NCBI GenBank assembly: GCA_964632175.1
Contig: CAZWBJ010000003.1
Span: 5,513-69,512 of the forward strand
Direction: 5' to 3'
From: Candidatus Hadarchaeota archaeon
GTDB taxonomy: Archaea > Hadarchaeota > Hadarchaeia > Hadarchaeales > JAWBSP01
DNA length: 64,000 bases
Part shown: piece by piece, positions 37,381 to 46,802 of the stretch
Numbering within the stretch: the stretch's first letter is position 1
Layout: each line of letters opens with the position of its first letter
Notes under the pieces: generated by a model
Told to the model about the DNA's origin: nothing
Database searches by the model: none
Seen by the model: the letters and a program-made list of their open reading frames with translations, nothing else
Program-made: the position numbers and the translations under genes

Positions 37381-37959
37381 ATGAGCATCCTCATGCTGGT
37401 GGTTGGCATTCTCACCCTCATGGCGCCCGGCTTCCTGGCTTCTCTCGCCATTTTTCCCAAACCGGAGGATCTCGACTTCTGGAAGCGGGTGGGAGTGAGC
37501 TTCGGTTTGGGCGTACTGGTGATGATATACCTCGGTTTCGTCTTGGCGGGCAGAGGTCTCCTAGTTCCCAAGCCTTTTTTCGCCGGTCTCCTCATCTCCT
37601 GCGGGATCTTGGGGTTCGTGGCCTTCGTCAGGGAGGGATTCCGGGTGGTTTCGCACTATCTCCGTTACCTGCCTTTCCTCAGGCCTCCCCCTCCCCCGCC
37701 ACCTCCACCTCGCCCTTCAGTTATGCCCAAACCACCATCCGCACCACCTTCTCCTGCTTACGTACCCGCGCCGGTTCCCATGGCAAAGCCACCGCCTCCG
37801 CAGTTCAAGTGCCCCCGATGCGGAACGCTCCTCGAGACGAAGGAGGGGCTGGTGGCACATCTCCAGGTTTGCAGAGCTAGGACCTGCCCCTACTGCGGAC
37901 ACATCAACCCCTTGGATGCCCAAAAGTGTGTTAAGTGCGGTGCTTGGCTGTTCACATGA
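37381..37959 (+). CDS. Membrane-anchored protein with polyproline linker and two C-terminal zinc ribbons
   Basis: 3 TM helices, then PPPPPPPPPRP...PP, then CPRCG..H..C and CPYCG...CVKCG. Its stop overlaps the pth2 start (ATGA). Confidence 0.55.
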   Translation: MSILMLVVGILTLMAPGFLASLAIFPKPEDLDFWKRVGVSFGLGVLVMIYLGFVLAGRGLLVPKPFFAGLLISCGILGFVAFVREGFRVVSHYLRYLPFLRPPPPPPPPPRPSVMPKPPSAPPSPAYVPAPVPMAKPPPPQFKCPRCGTLLETKEGLVAHLQVCRARTCPYCGHINPLDAQKCVKCGAWLFT

Positions 37960-38315
37960 ACTTCGAGTACAAACAGGTGATAGTGGTCAGGGAGGATCTG
38001 CACATGAGCCCGGGCAAGCTTGCGGTCCAGGTGGCTCACGGGGCGGTGACGGCGGCCGAAAAGGTGAGGAGGAAGAAGCCGGAGGTCTTCAAGGCCTGGT
38101 TGAGGGAGGGGCAGAAGAAGGTGGTGGTGAGGGGGAGGAACCTGGAGGAGCTGAAGGAGCTCCAGCGGCAGGCCCGATCTCTGGACTTGGTGGCCGAGCT
38201 CATAACCGATGCCGGCCTGACCGAACTACCTCCCGGAACCGTTACCGTTCTGGGGGTGGGACCGGACCGCAACGAGATTGTCGATAAGGTGACGGGGCAT
38301 TTGAAACTGCTTTAA
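37956..38315 (+). CDS. pth2: Peptidyl-tRNA hydrolase, archaeal type (Pth2)
   Basis: KQVIVVREDLHMSPGKLAVQVAHGAV is the conserved Pth2 core. Confidence 0.85.
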   Translation: MNFEYKQVIVVREDLHMSPGKLAVQVAHGAVTAAEKVRRKKPEVFKAWLREGQKKVVVRGRNLEELKELQRQARSLDLVAELITDAGLTELPPGTVTVLGVGPDRNEIVDKVTGHLKLL

Positions 38316-38362
38316 CAGTAGCTATTGAAGCAAAATTCGTTGGTGTCGAGAATCTGAGACCT

Positions 38363-38576
38363 CTACCTTGGACCGCTCGATTTCTTATTTAAAACCTTCT
38401 CGAGTGGGATGTACTCATCCTTTCTCATTCTCCTCAGTTCGCGAAGGGTCGGTGGCTTGCGCGGCAAGGTCTCCTCCATCAGGCGGGTAATGACGTCGTC
38501 GTAGCTTTCGTGAGGTAAGCGATATCTTTCCAGCCTGAGTTTGGTTTCTGGCTATTGTCGTGGCTCGTTTTATCAT
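38363..38576 (-). pseudogene. Frameshifted small antitoxin-like gene (RHH-like archaeal family with an xESYDDVIxRL motif)
   Basis: Minus-strand translation gives MIKRATTIA, then a 1-nt frame shift near 38549, then ETKLRLERYRLPHESYDDVITRLMEETLPRKPPTLRELRRMRKDEYIPLEKVLNKK, then a stop at 38365-38363. The two frames together reconstruct a roughly 70-aa protein that resembles small archaeal putative antitoxins. Confidence 0.4.
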
Positions 38577-38634
38577 ATAGTAAAAGTTTAGCAAACATAC
38601 ATGCTAGGACTTGGGTTCCTCAGGGGTCGGTTAA

Positions 38635-38642
38635 TTTAGGGG
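38635..38642 (+). promoter_or_regulatory. Putative TATA box (TTAATTTA) for thiL
   Basis: Sits 14-21 nt upstream of ATG 38656. The same octamer precedes the CPBP gene at 51994-52001. Confidence 0.3.
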
Positions 38643-38655
38643 GACATTTTTACAG

Positions 38656-39654
38656 ATGAAGCTCAGCGAGCTCGGGGAGAGAAAGCTGGTCGAACTCATA
38701 AGGAAGTGGTGGAAGGGGGATGGAAGGCTGGAGGTGGGGGTAGGAGACGACGCGGCCGTCCTTCGGATGGGGGAGGAGCGCCTCGTTCTGACCACCGATG
38801 TCCTTTTCCAGCACTCCCATTTCCCTCCCGGCACCAGCCCCGAGCAAATGGGATGGAAGGCGGCGGTCGTGAACCTCAGCGATCTTGCGGCCATGGGTGC
38901 CGAGCCCTTGGCCCTCCTCTTCTCCCTCGCCCTTCCCTCCGAGACGGATCTGCGGGTTTTCAGGCGGATTATGGAGGGAATGGAGAGGGCAGCGAGGAAA
39001 TATGGGGCGGCGTTGGCGGGGGGAGATCTGAGCGAGAATGAGGAAATAGCGATAGCGGGGTTTGCCGTCGGGAGGGGTAGGAGGATTCTGAGGAGAGGCG
39101 GTGCGAAAGTGGGGGACGCGCTAGCGGTGACAGGCAAGCTGGGGAGGGCGGCCGCCGGTCTCTATATCCTCACTCACTCTCTTCCCGTTCGCTCCTATCG
39201 AGAGCTCGTGAGGGCCCTGTTGGAGCCAGAGGCGAGAATAAGGGAAGGCCAGATCCTCGCCGCTGAGGGGGCGACCTCGGCCATAGATCTCTCGGATGGT
39301 CTGGCCGCGAACCTCTGGCAACTGGCTAGGGAGAGCGGGGTGAGGATGGTTCTGGAGAGGATTCCAACCCATCCGCTCGTGGAGCGGTTTGCTAGGGAGG
39401 GACGTTTGGATGCCACCGAATTTTCCCTCTTCGGGGGAGAGGATTACGAGCTCCTTTTTACCATTCCACCGGATAGGGTGGAGGAGGTGAGGAAAAAACT
39501 CCGGAGAGTCGGGAGAGAACTCAGCGTTATCGGAAGGGTGGAGAGAGGAAGAGGCGTGGCGCGGGAAGTGGGAGGGAGACTCCTCCCCGTTCCGGACCGA
39601 GGTTACGAACATTTCAGGAAACAGCCTCAGTCATCCAGTGGAGGATTAGCTTGA
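38656..39654 (+). CDS. thiL: Thiamine-monophosphate kinase (AIR synthase-related family)
   Basis: GDDAAVL..., VLTTD and the AIRS fold. 332 aa. Confidence 0.8.
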   Translation: MKLSELGERKLVELIRKWWKGDGRLEVGVGDDAAVLRMGEERLVLTTDVLFQHSHFPPGTSPEQMGWKAAVVNLSDLAAMGAEPLALLFSLALPSETDLRVFRRIMEGMERAARKYGAALAGGDLSENEEIAIAGFAVGRGRRILRRGGAKVGDALAVTGKLGRAAAGLYILTHSLPVRSYRELVRALLEPEARIREGQILAAEGATSAIDLSDGLAANLWQLARESGVRMVLERIPTHPLVERFAREGRLDATEFSLFGGEDYELLFTIPPDRVEEVRKKLRRVGRELSVIGRVERGRGVAREVGGRLLPVPDRGYEHFRKQPQSSSGGLA

Positions 39655-39833
39655 AGCTCAAGACCCAGCTCGAGCCCATGTATAGGCAGGCCGTTGCCGT
39701 TGTGGGGAGGTGTAAATCCAGCTACGATTTCTGGCCAGTGCCTCAACTCGTCAGCATCCAGCCGACTTAGGCTAAGCCGACCTTCTCCAGCGATAAAGAG
39801 CGCCCGACCGAAGTTATGAACACCTCAGAGTAG

Positions 39834-41294
39834 GTGAATAGGATGGAGGAGCTTTCTAGGGAGGCAAGGGAGGTTCTCCGGAGGCTGAGAGAGGCGGGGG
39901 GTACCGCCCAGCCCCAGGAGTGGGATATGGACCAATCGGCCGTCATGAGGGGCGCGCTGGCGTTGCAGGAGAGAGGGCTGGTAGAGGTGAAGGAGGAGAA
40001 GAGGTACAGGCTGCTCCTCACGGCGGAGGGGAAGAGGTGTCTGGAGGTGGGTCTGCCCGAGCGCAGGATCCTCAGGGTGGCGGATGGGGTGACCCCGGAA
40101 GAGGCCGGGCGCATGGCAGGACTAAAGAGGGAGGAGGTCCAGGTGGGAGTCGGGTGGCTGCGAAGGAAGAACCTGGTGACTCTGGAAGGAAAGCTCCTGA
40201 GACTCACGGAGAAGGGGAGGAGTTACTTGGGGCAGCCCATGCCGGAGGAGGAGGCCCTGCTGAGGTTGAGGAGCGAGCCGGTGGTGGATGAACTCGACGC
40301 ACTCTCGCGGGAGCTTGGAAGGAGGGGGCTTCTCGAGATCAGGGAGGAGAAAAGGAGGATCCTCTCCCTGACGGAGGAGGGCTGGAAAGTTAGGCTGGGG
40401 CCGGAAGTGGAGGAAGTTTCGGAGCTCACACCCGAGCTGCTCTCCACGGGGCGCTGGAAAACGGTTAGGTTCAAGCGCTACAACGTCCTGGCTGGTGTTT
40501 CCCCCACTTACCCCGCCAAGCTCCATCCCCAGCAGCGCGTGATAGAGGAGGTCAGGGAGATCCTCATAGGGATGGGGTTCAAGGAAATCCCGAGCAGAAT
40601 AGTGGAAACTGAATTCTGGAATTTTGACGCCCTTTTCCAAGCCCAAGACCACCCGGCCCGGGAGATACATGACACCCTATCCCTGAGCAAACCCTCCCAT
40701 GGCACCGTCCCCAGCGAACTTGTGGGAAAGGTGGCGAGGGCGCACGAGAGGGGCGTGGCGGGCTCCTGCGGCTGGGGGTACCGCTTCAACCCGGAGGTGA
40801 GCAGGAGGCTGCTTCTCTGCTCCCAGACCACGGCCGCCACCGTGCACTTCCTCTCTAGTCGCCCCAGTCCCCCGGTGAAGGTTTTCTCCATCGGGAGGGT
40901 TTTCAGGCACGAGAAGATCGACTACAAGCACCTGGCGGAGTTCTACCAGTGCGAGGGCATCGTGATGGAGGAGGGGCTCACCCTCAGGGACATGTTTGGC
41001 TACCTGAAGGAAATCGTCAACAGGCTCGGGTTCGAGAAGGTCAGGTTCCGCCCCTCCTACTTCCCCTACACCGAACCCTCGGCGGAGGCCCTAGTATACC
41101 ATGAGGGGAGGGGGGAGTGGATTGAGATTTTGGGGGCCGGCATGTTCAGGCCGGAGCTGCTGATCCCCCTCGGAATAAGGTATCCCGTGCTCGCTTGGGG
41201 AATTGGACTGACGAGGTTGATCATGCTCAAGCTTGGGGTGGAGGACATCCGCATGCTCTTCTCAAACGACCTAGCTTGGTTGAGGGGATCCTGA
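39834..41294 (+). CDS. pheS: Phenylalanine--tRNA ligase alpha subunit
   Basis: Class II motifs (FSIGRVFRHEKIDYKHLAEFYQCEG). 486 aa, archaeal type. Confidence 0.9.
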   Translation: MNRMEELSREAREVLRRLREAGGTAQPQEWDMDQSAVMRGALALQERGLVEVKEEKRYRLLLTAEGKRCLEVGLPERRILRVADGVTPEEAGRMAGLKREEVQVGVGWLRRKNLVTLEGKLLRLTEKGRSYLGQPMPEEEALLRLRSEPVVDELDALSRELGRRGLLEIREEKRRILSLTEEGWKVRLGPEVEEVSELTPELLSTGRWKTVRFKRYNVLAGVSPTYPAKLHPQQRVIEEVREILIGMGFKEIPSRIVETEFWNFDALFQAQDHPAREIHDTLSLSKPSHGTVPSELVGKVARAHERGVAGSCGWGYRFNPEVSRRLLLCSQTTAATVHFLSSRPSPPVKVFSIGRVFRHEKIDYKHLAEFYQCEGIVMEEGLTLRDMFGYLKEIVNRLGFEKVRFRPSYFPYTEPSAEALVYHEGRGEWIEILGAGMFRPELLIPLGIRYPVLAWGIGLTRLIMLKLGVEDIRMLFSNDLAWLRGS

Positions 41295-42904
41295 TGCCCG
41301 TTGTAACCTTCGACCTGCGGGACTTCCGTAGGCTGCTGGGGAGGGAGGTTGGAACCGCCGCCCTTCTTGAGTGTATGGATGCCCTTGGAATGGAGACGCA
41401 AATCGAAGGGGAGGAGATTAGAATCGAGGTTCCGCACAACAGGCCCGACCTCCTCTCGCCCGAGGGTGTGGCAAGGATGCTGAAGGGGATGCTGGGAATT
41501 CAGACGGGCCTGCCGAGGTACCGGGTGGCGGCTCCAAGGGTGAGGCTGCACGTGGAAAGATCGGTTTCGCTGGTCAGGCCACTGATAGTGGCGGGCGTGG
41601 TGAGGGAGGTTGAGCTGGATGAGATGAGTCTAGTCTCCCTCATGCAGACGCAGGAGAAGCTGCACGAGACCTACTGCAGGCGGAGGAGGAAGGCCTCCAT
41701 CGGGGTTTACGATTTGGACACCATTCATCCGCCCATATATTACAGGGCGGTCAGGCCGGAGGAAGTCAGGTTCGTTCCGCTGGGTATGGAGGAGGAGCTG
41801 AACCTCAGGGAGATTCTCGAGAAGCATCCGAAGGGGATGGAGTACAGGCACCTGCTCGAGGGCATGGAGTTCTTCCCGCTGCTCGTGGACTCCGAGGGCA
41901 CAGTTCTATCCATGCCGCCCATCGTGAACAGTGAGGATACCAAGGTGACAGTGAAGACCAAAAATCTCTTCATCGATGTCACGGGGCTGGACGAGCGGAC
42001 GGTCACCAACTCCCTCAAGATCCTCATGTGCGCCATGGCCGAGCGAGGTTTTAGGCTGGAGTCGGTAGGGTTGCCGGGGGGCCCCTCCCCGGACCTCTCC
42101 CCCAAGAGGATGAGGATTGACTTGAAGAGGGCGTGCCAGTACATAGGGATCAAGCTGGGAAAGGCTCAGGCGCGGAGGATCTTCCGCCGGATGAGGTTTG
42201 AGCTGTCTGGGGAGACGGTCCTCGTCCCGCCCTACCGGGTCGATGTGATGCACGAGGTCGATCTGATTGAGGAGCTGGCGGTGGGTTACGGATACGACAA
42301 GCTTGAGCCCGCCCCTCCGCGCGTGGCCACCATCGGCGAGACCCACGAACTTGAGAGGCTCTCCAGAAGGGTGAGGGGGGTGATGATCGGGCTGGGCTTC
42401 ACGGAGGTGATGAACTACATCCTCACCAATCCTAGAACCAACTTCGAGCTCATGGGTTTGCAGGGGGAGGCGGTGGAGATTTCCAACCCCATCTCGCAGG
42501 AGTACACCATCCTCCGCACCTGGCTCCTTCCCTCCCTCCTTTCCACCTGCCAGAGGAACAAGCTGTACGAACTCCCCCAGAGGTTCTTTGAGGTCGGCGA
42601 CGTGGTGCTGCCGGAGCTCAGAGGGGAGAGTGCCCGAACGATCAGGAAGGTTGCAGCGGTGCAGGTCGGGGGAAACTTTACCCAGATGAAGGCGGTGGCC
42701 GAGAGCCTGCTCAGAGAGCTTTCCCTGAAGGTAGAGCCTAGGGAGGGGGAGCATCCGAGTTTCATGGAGGGGAGGGTCCTGAAGTATTTCCGGGGCCCGG
42801 AGGAGGTGGGGTTGGTGGGGGAGATCCACCCCAGAGTTCTTCTCAACTTCGAGCTCGGGCACCCCGTGGCGGCCTTGGAGTTCGTGCTCGCCGAACATGC
42901 CTGA
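41294..42904 (+). CDS. pheT: Phenylalanine--tRNA ligase beta subunit
   Basis: B3/B4 and B5 domains. ATG 41294 overlaps the pheS stop. Confidence 0.9.
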   Translation: MPVVTFDLRDFRRLLGREVGTAALLECMDALGMETQIEGEEIRIEVPHNRPDLLSPEGVARMLKGMLGIQTGLPRYRVAAPRVRLHVERSVSLVRPLIVAGVVREVELDEMSLVSLMQTQEKLHETYCRRRRKASIGVYDLDTIHPPIYYRAVRPEEVRFVPLGMEEELNLREILEKHPKGMEYRHLLEGMEFFPLLVDSEGTVLSMPPIVNSEDTKVTVKTKNLFIDVTGLDERTVTNSLKILMCAMAERGFRLESVGLPGGPSPDLSPKRMRIDLKRACQYIGIKLGKAQARRIFRRMRFELSGETVLVPPYRVDVMHEVDLIEELAVGYGYDKLEPAPPRVATIGETHELERLSRRVRGVMIGLGFTEVMNYILTNPRTNFELMGLQGEAVEISNPISQEYTILRTWLLPSLLSTCQRNKLYELPQRFFEVGDVVLPELRGESARTIRKVAAVQVGGNFTQMKAVAESLLRELSLKVEPREGEHPSFMEGRVLKYFRGPEEVGLVGEIHPRVLLNFELGHPVAALEFVLAEHA

Positions 42905-43802
42905 GCTCCGCGCCCGCTTGGGCCCCCTGCAGGTGGGGGACCGCCTGCCCGTGGCGGTTATGGGTGTTTTGAATCTCAGCCCCGAGTCGTTCTACACCGG
43001 CTCGGTGGTGAAGCCTGAGGAGGTCTACGAGAGGGGGGTGAAACTAGTGGAGGAGGGCGCGAACCTGCTGGATGTTGGGGCCATGTCCACCAGGCCGGGG
43101 GCCACCGTCATCAGTGCCGAGGAGGAGAGGGAGAGGGTGACCCAGGCGTTTGAATCCCTCCGCGGGATAGGGGTTCCCCTATCTGTGGACACCCAGAGGG
43201 CTAGCGTCGCGGAGGTAGCTCTGCGTAAGGGCGCGGAGGTGGTCAACGACGTGAGCGGGTTCAAGTCCGATCCCGAGATGGCAAAGGTCGTGGCGGAAAG
43301 GGGTGCCTCCGCCATTCTGATGGCTTCTTGGGTAAAGCCAGGAGAGTTCCTCCTAGCTAGGCGGGGCGAAAGCGAGAGGATCTCCACCCTCGATGGAATA
43401 ATAGAGGCGCTCCGCTCGAGCCTGGAGCTCTCCCTCAGGGCGGGAGTGAGCGAGGAGAGAATAGTGGTGGATCCCGGAATAGGCTTCAGTGTCGGACCCC
43501 AGACCTCCTCGGGAGGTGAGGTGGTTAAGGGGAACTGGCATGAGAGGGATGTCAGGGTTCTTGCGGGGCTCCGAGGGCTGAGGGTTCTGGGGAGGCCCAT
43601 CTGCGTGGGCGTGTCGAGGAAATCCTTCATCGGGAGGATTCTCGGGTTACCGGATCCCGCCGACCGCTTGGCCGGCTCGCTCGGCGCTTCGGTGATGGCC
43701 GTGGTCAATGGAGCTCACGTCCTACGAACGCACGATGTGCGCGAAACGGTCCACGCTGTGAGGGTGGCAGAGGCGATACTTCAGATATCCACCACTGCCT
43801 GA
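42897..43802 (+). CDS. Dihydropteroate synthase-like pterin-binding protein (probable methanopterin pathway)
   Basis: DHPS TIM-barrel motifs (GVLNLSPESF, DVGAMSTRPGA, VNDVSG). 301 aa. Confidence 0.8.
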   Translation: MPELRARLGPLQVGDRLPVAVMGVLNLSPESFYTGSVVKPEEVYERGVKLVEEGANLLDVGAMSTRPGATVISAEEERERVTQAFESLRGIGVPLSVDTQRASVAEVALRKGAEVVNDVSGFKSDPEMAKVVAERGASAILMASWVKPGEFLLARRGESERISTLDGIIEALRSSLELSLRAGVSEERIVVDPGIGFSVGPQTSSGGEVVKGNWHERDVRVLAGLRGLRVLGRPICVGVSRKSFIGRILGLPDPADRLAGSLGASVMAVVNGAHVLRTHDVRETVHAVRVAEAILQISTTA

Positions 43803-44209
43803 ACCCAGGCGTGGCCCTCCTCTTCTTTGATCTCCATCATGTGATAGGTCATGGCCTTGACCGAGGTCCGGCTTGGATGGCGGCTCGGGTCAAACTTCTC
43901 CCCCCAGACCTTCGCCTCTAATTTAAATCTTCCTCCCTCCTCCTTGATTCTGACCTCAAATTTGTTCAGCACCACCCCGAGGCTGTCGTGCAGGTACAGC
44001 AGCTTGTCGATCCAGTCGTAAAGGAGAGCATGCTTGTCCTCGGCCTCCAAGGTTATGGAGAACTCCTCGCGGGCCACAATCTTGTTGAGGTCGGTCATTA
44101 TCTCGAAGAGAGCTGCCCCGGCGTTTTGGAAGGCCTCGGCGAGAGTTCTGCCGTGCGCCCTAAAACCGACATCTGAGGGGTGCTCAATCCACTCAAATTT
44201 TTTCTCCAT
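43781..44209 (-). CDS. Archease
   Basis: MEKKFEWIEHPSDVGFRAHG...HAWVQAVVDI is the archease family signature. The start is taken at the internal Met of the ORF-track ORF. Confidence 0.8.
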   Translation of the reverse strand: MEKKFEWIEHPSDVGFRAHGRTLAEAFQNAGAALFEIMTDLNKIVAREEFSITLEAEDKHALLYDWIDKLLYLHDSLGVVLNKFEVRIKEEGGRFKLEAKVWGEKFDPSRHPSRTSVKAMTYHMMEIKEEEGHAWVQAVVDI

Positions 44210-44241
44210 CACCCACTCCGCTATGTTTTGATAAACTGGAG

Positions 44242-44326
44242 CGCCGGGGAGGGGATTTGAACCCCTGAGGCGCAAAGCGCCAACAGGTTAGCAACCTGTC
44301 GCCCTACCTGGCTAGGCTACCCCGGC
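44242..44326 (-). tRNA. tRNA-Ser (GCT)
   Basis: 85 nt. GCCGGGG acceptor stem, anticodon loop TTGCTAA and a long variable arm (GGCGCTTTGCGCC). Confidence 0.85.
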
Positions 44327-44382
44327 ATCAAAAAGTCGGGCGGATGCACAATAATCCTTTAAGAAAGGAGGAAGTATAGGTT

Positions 44383-45246
44383 GTGCTTCCCGAAAATCCA
44401 GCCGAGCGCGTGACCATCCTCTCCATTATAGTCACCACTGGCTGGGGGCTGCTGGAGGTTTTGGGATGGGCGGTCTTCGGGAGCGTGGCTTTTCTTGCGG
44501 CGGGCGTGGATGCGCTCTTCGACACGGTCACCTCCGTGGGGGTTATCGCTGGTCTAAGGGTCTCCAAACGCAGGGCGGACAGGGGGCATCCTTACGGCCA
44601 CCATCAGGCGGAGACGCTGGTTTCGATGGCGCTCGGTGCGGTGCTCCTACTGGTGGGTCTCAGGGTGATGTATTTGGCTTGGGGGAGGCTGGGGGACACG
44701 GGATTCGCCCCATCTCTCGGGGCGTTTTTGTTGTCCTCCCTCAGCCTCCCCGTTTTCGGCATGCTGGCGTGGAAGAAGATACGGACGGGTAAGAGAACGG
44801 GCAACATCTCCGTGGTGGCGGATGGCTATCACACCCTCTCCGATTTCCTTTCCGTCACGGCCGTTCTAGGCGCCTTCTGCTTCGCCAGAATGGGGTATCC
44901 CCAAGCTGATCCCTTGGTCGCCCTAGGAATCTCCGTCCTCATCCTCTGGTACGGGGGAAATCTCCTGAGGAGAACCGGTGGCGTGCTGATGGAAGCCAGC
45001 CCGGGGAAGGTCATCGTGGGCGAAATCAGGAGGATTTCTAGGGAGGTCCCGGGTGTTGTGGACTGTCACGGGTGCCGCGCGAGAAGGGTGGGGTCAAAAA
45101 TTTTTGCGGATTTACACGTTCTCGTGGATCCGGACACAAGCGTCAGGGATGGTCATGAGATAGCCAACCAGATTGAGCGCCGGCTCAAAAGAAAGATTAA
45201 AGGGTTGGAATCCGTGGTCGTACACCTAGAGCCGTGCAGAAAATGA
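44383..45246 (+). CDS. Cation diffusion facilitator family transporter
   Basis: 6 TM helices, the HPYGHHQAET motif and a C-terminal cytoplasmic domain. GTG start. Confidence 0.85.
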   Translation: MLPENPAERVTILSIIVTTGWGLLEVLGWAVFGSVAFLAAGVDALFDTVTSVGVIAGLRVSKRRADRGHPYGHHQAETLVSMALGAVLLLVGLRVMYLAWGRLGDTGFAPSLGAFLLSSLSLPVFGMLAWKKIRTGKRTGNISVVADGYHTLSDFLSVTAVLGAFCFARMGYPQADPLVALGISVLILWYGGNLLRRTGGVLMEASPGKVIVGEIRRISREVPGVVDCHGCRARRVGSKIFADLHVLVDPDTSVRDGHEIANQIERRLKRKIKGLESVVVHLEPCRK

Positions 45247-45249
45247 GCG

Positions 45250-45555
45250 GGTGGGCTCCCAGATTCGAATGCCTTCAACCCGCCTCGGGAAACGGCCACC
45301 CCTCAGCTCCGTGAACCCACAAGCGCCGGGCGTCCCGCCTACGGTTGCTCCCTTCCGGGCCTGGCCGGGTTCGGCGAGCAAAGACGGTTTACCCAAACCC
45401 TCCGGCTTGGGCCCCGCCACCGCCGACCCTGTGGGGCGGAACCTCCACGGGAGAATCCGTCCCCCTCCGCGGGCATCCGGCACCTCCTCTGGGCTTCGGT
45501 CCGCCGTAACCCCATTTGCGGGAAAGGGGAGGGGTAGCCCCCACACCTAGCCCAC
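45250..45555 (-). ncRNA. Signal recognition particle RNA (7S/SRP RNA)
   Basis: The minus-strand sense sequence contains the helix-8 motif CCAGGCCCGGAAGGGAGCAACCGUAGGCGGGACGCCCGGCG. It is a roughly 300-nt GC-rich stretch with no ORF and complementary termini (GGGUGGGCUCCC...GGGGUAGCCCCCAC). The boundaries are approximate. Confidence 0.65.
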
Positions 45556-45593
45556 CCAATAAACTATTCCTACAATGTGGAAAAAGATACCGT

Positions 45594-46778
45594 TCAGGCC
45601 CGCTGAAGGAGGTAAGGAAACAGGTTCAGGATGACCAGCACGAGAACGGCTATCGAGAGGTAGATGCAGCATTTGCGGGCCCTCTTTTTAGGCATCCATC
45701 TCTCCAAGATGGCTTGAAGCATCCCGCCGCCATCCAGGGGTAGCATGGGAAGGAGGTTGAAGAGCCCCACGCCAAAGTTAAGCAGGAATATCCATTTCAG
45801 CAGGTCGATCAGGGGCCAGGGGACTGAGGAGCGGTACCAGAAGCGGTGAAAGACGGGCCACCCCCTGAGTTCCGACACCGTGGTGGAGGCAATCACGAGG
45901 GGATTGAGGAAGCTGCTCCTCGGGAGAGCCCAGGCTGGCAGGAACCCCAAATTTCCCTCATTTTCAGAGTAATAATTGTCGGCCACCACCCAGTACTCCC
46001 CATTGTCGGTGAGAATTCTTATGTTGTCGCCCGGCTTGATGTTCTCCACCTTGTTTAGGTCATCCGGTGAACCGATGGTGAGGTTGTGGATGGCGAGAAT
46101 CCTCATTCCAGGCTGCAGCTTCCCGTGGGAAGGGCCGTTTTCCCTCACCGCCCAGACGTAAACCCCGGGCATGGGGGAGAGGAGCGCGAGGGTGAGGAGG
46201 AGGCAGAGGAAGGAGAGGAGGATGTTGGCGATGGAGCCCACGGCGTAGATTCTGAGCCGGTGGGGGATGGGGGCGCGGGCCAGCTTTTTTTCGTCAGGTT
46301 CCACAAAGGCTCCGGGAAGCACCCCGAGGAGGAGGCCCCCCATGGACTTGGTGGGGATGTTGTGGACCCTCATCAGGAGGCCATGTGAGACCTCGTGGAC
46401 CAGCATCAGGGTGCCAACGGCGATCAGCCACCAGTAAACGGTCAGGCCGGGGATGAGACCCGGGAACACAAAGGTTGCCCCGGGTATGGCTACCTTTGGG
46501 CGCAGGATCACGAAGTATAGGTTATAGCAGAAGTTGAAGAGGACGAAGGCGGAAAGGAAGATGCCCAAGACCACGGCAACGTTCCCGAAATGGAGCAGAA
46601 AAATGGGATGTTTTTTGGCAAAGGAGTCAATAGCCCTCAGCCCCCGTTTCGTCCTGAAGACCGCCGCACCCGACTCGAAGGTCACACCCCGCCTTTTCAG
46701 GTTGTATTTTTTATAAGAGATGGAAAAAATCACCCAGAATATCGCCGCCCCAGCGAACAGCCAAACCACCGGATGCAT
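45594..46778 (-). CDS. Site-2 protease (M50 family intramembrane metalloprotease) with PDZ domain
   Basis: HEVSHG (HExxH), LPMLPLDGG and multiple TM helices. Confidence 0.8.
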   Translation of the reverse strand: MHPVVWLFAGAAIFWVIFSISYKKYNLKRRGVTFESGAAVFRTKRGLRAIDSFAKKHPIFLLHFGNVAVVLGIFLSAFVLFNFCYNLYFVILRPKVAIPGATFVFPGLIPGLTVYWWLIAVGTLMLVHEVSHGLLMRVHNIPTKSMGGLLLGVLPGAFVEPDEKKLARAPIPHRLRIYAVGSIANILLSFLCLLLTLALLSPMPGVYVWAVRENGPSHGKLQPGMRILAIHNLTIGSPDDLNKVENIKPGDNIRILTDNGEYWVVADNYYSENEGNLGFLPAWALPRSSFLNPLVIASTTVSELRGWPVFHRFWYRSSVPWPLIDLLKWIFLLNFGVGLFNLLPMLPLDGGGMLQAILERWMPKKRARKCCIYLSIAVLVLVILNLFPYLLQRA

Positions 46779-46802
46779 CTCCCTATCCCATCCTCCCTAA
46801 TT

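Noticed and set aside
41906-42898. 330-aa minus-strand ORF inside pheT
   Set aside because: Antisense to pheT and low complexity (P/G/R/H-rich).
45251-45550. 99-aa plus-strand ORF between the CDF transporter and the S2P protease
   Set aside because: The region is better explained as SRP RNA on the minus strand (helix-8 motif). The ORF translation is Gly/Pro/Arg low complexity.
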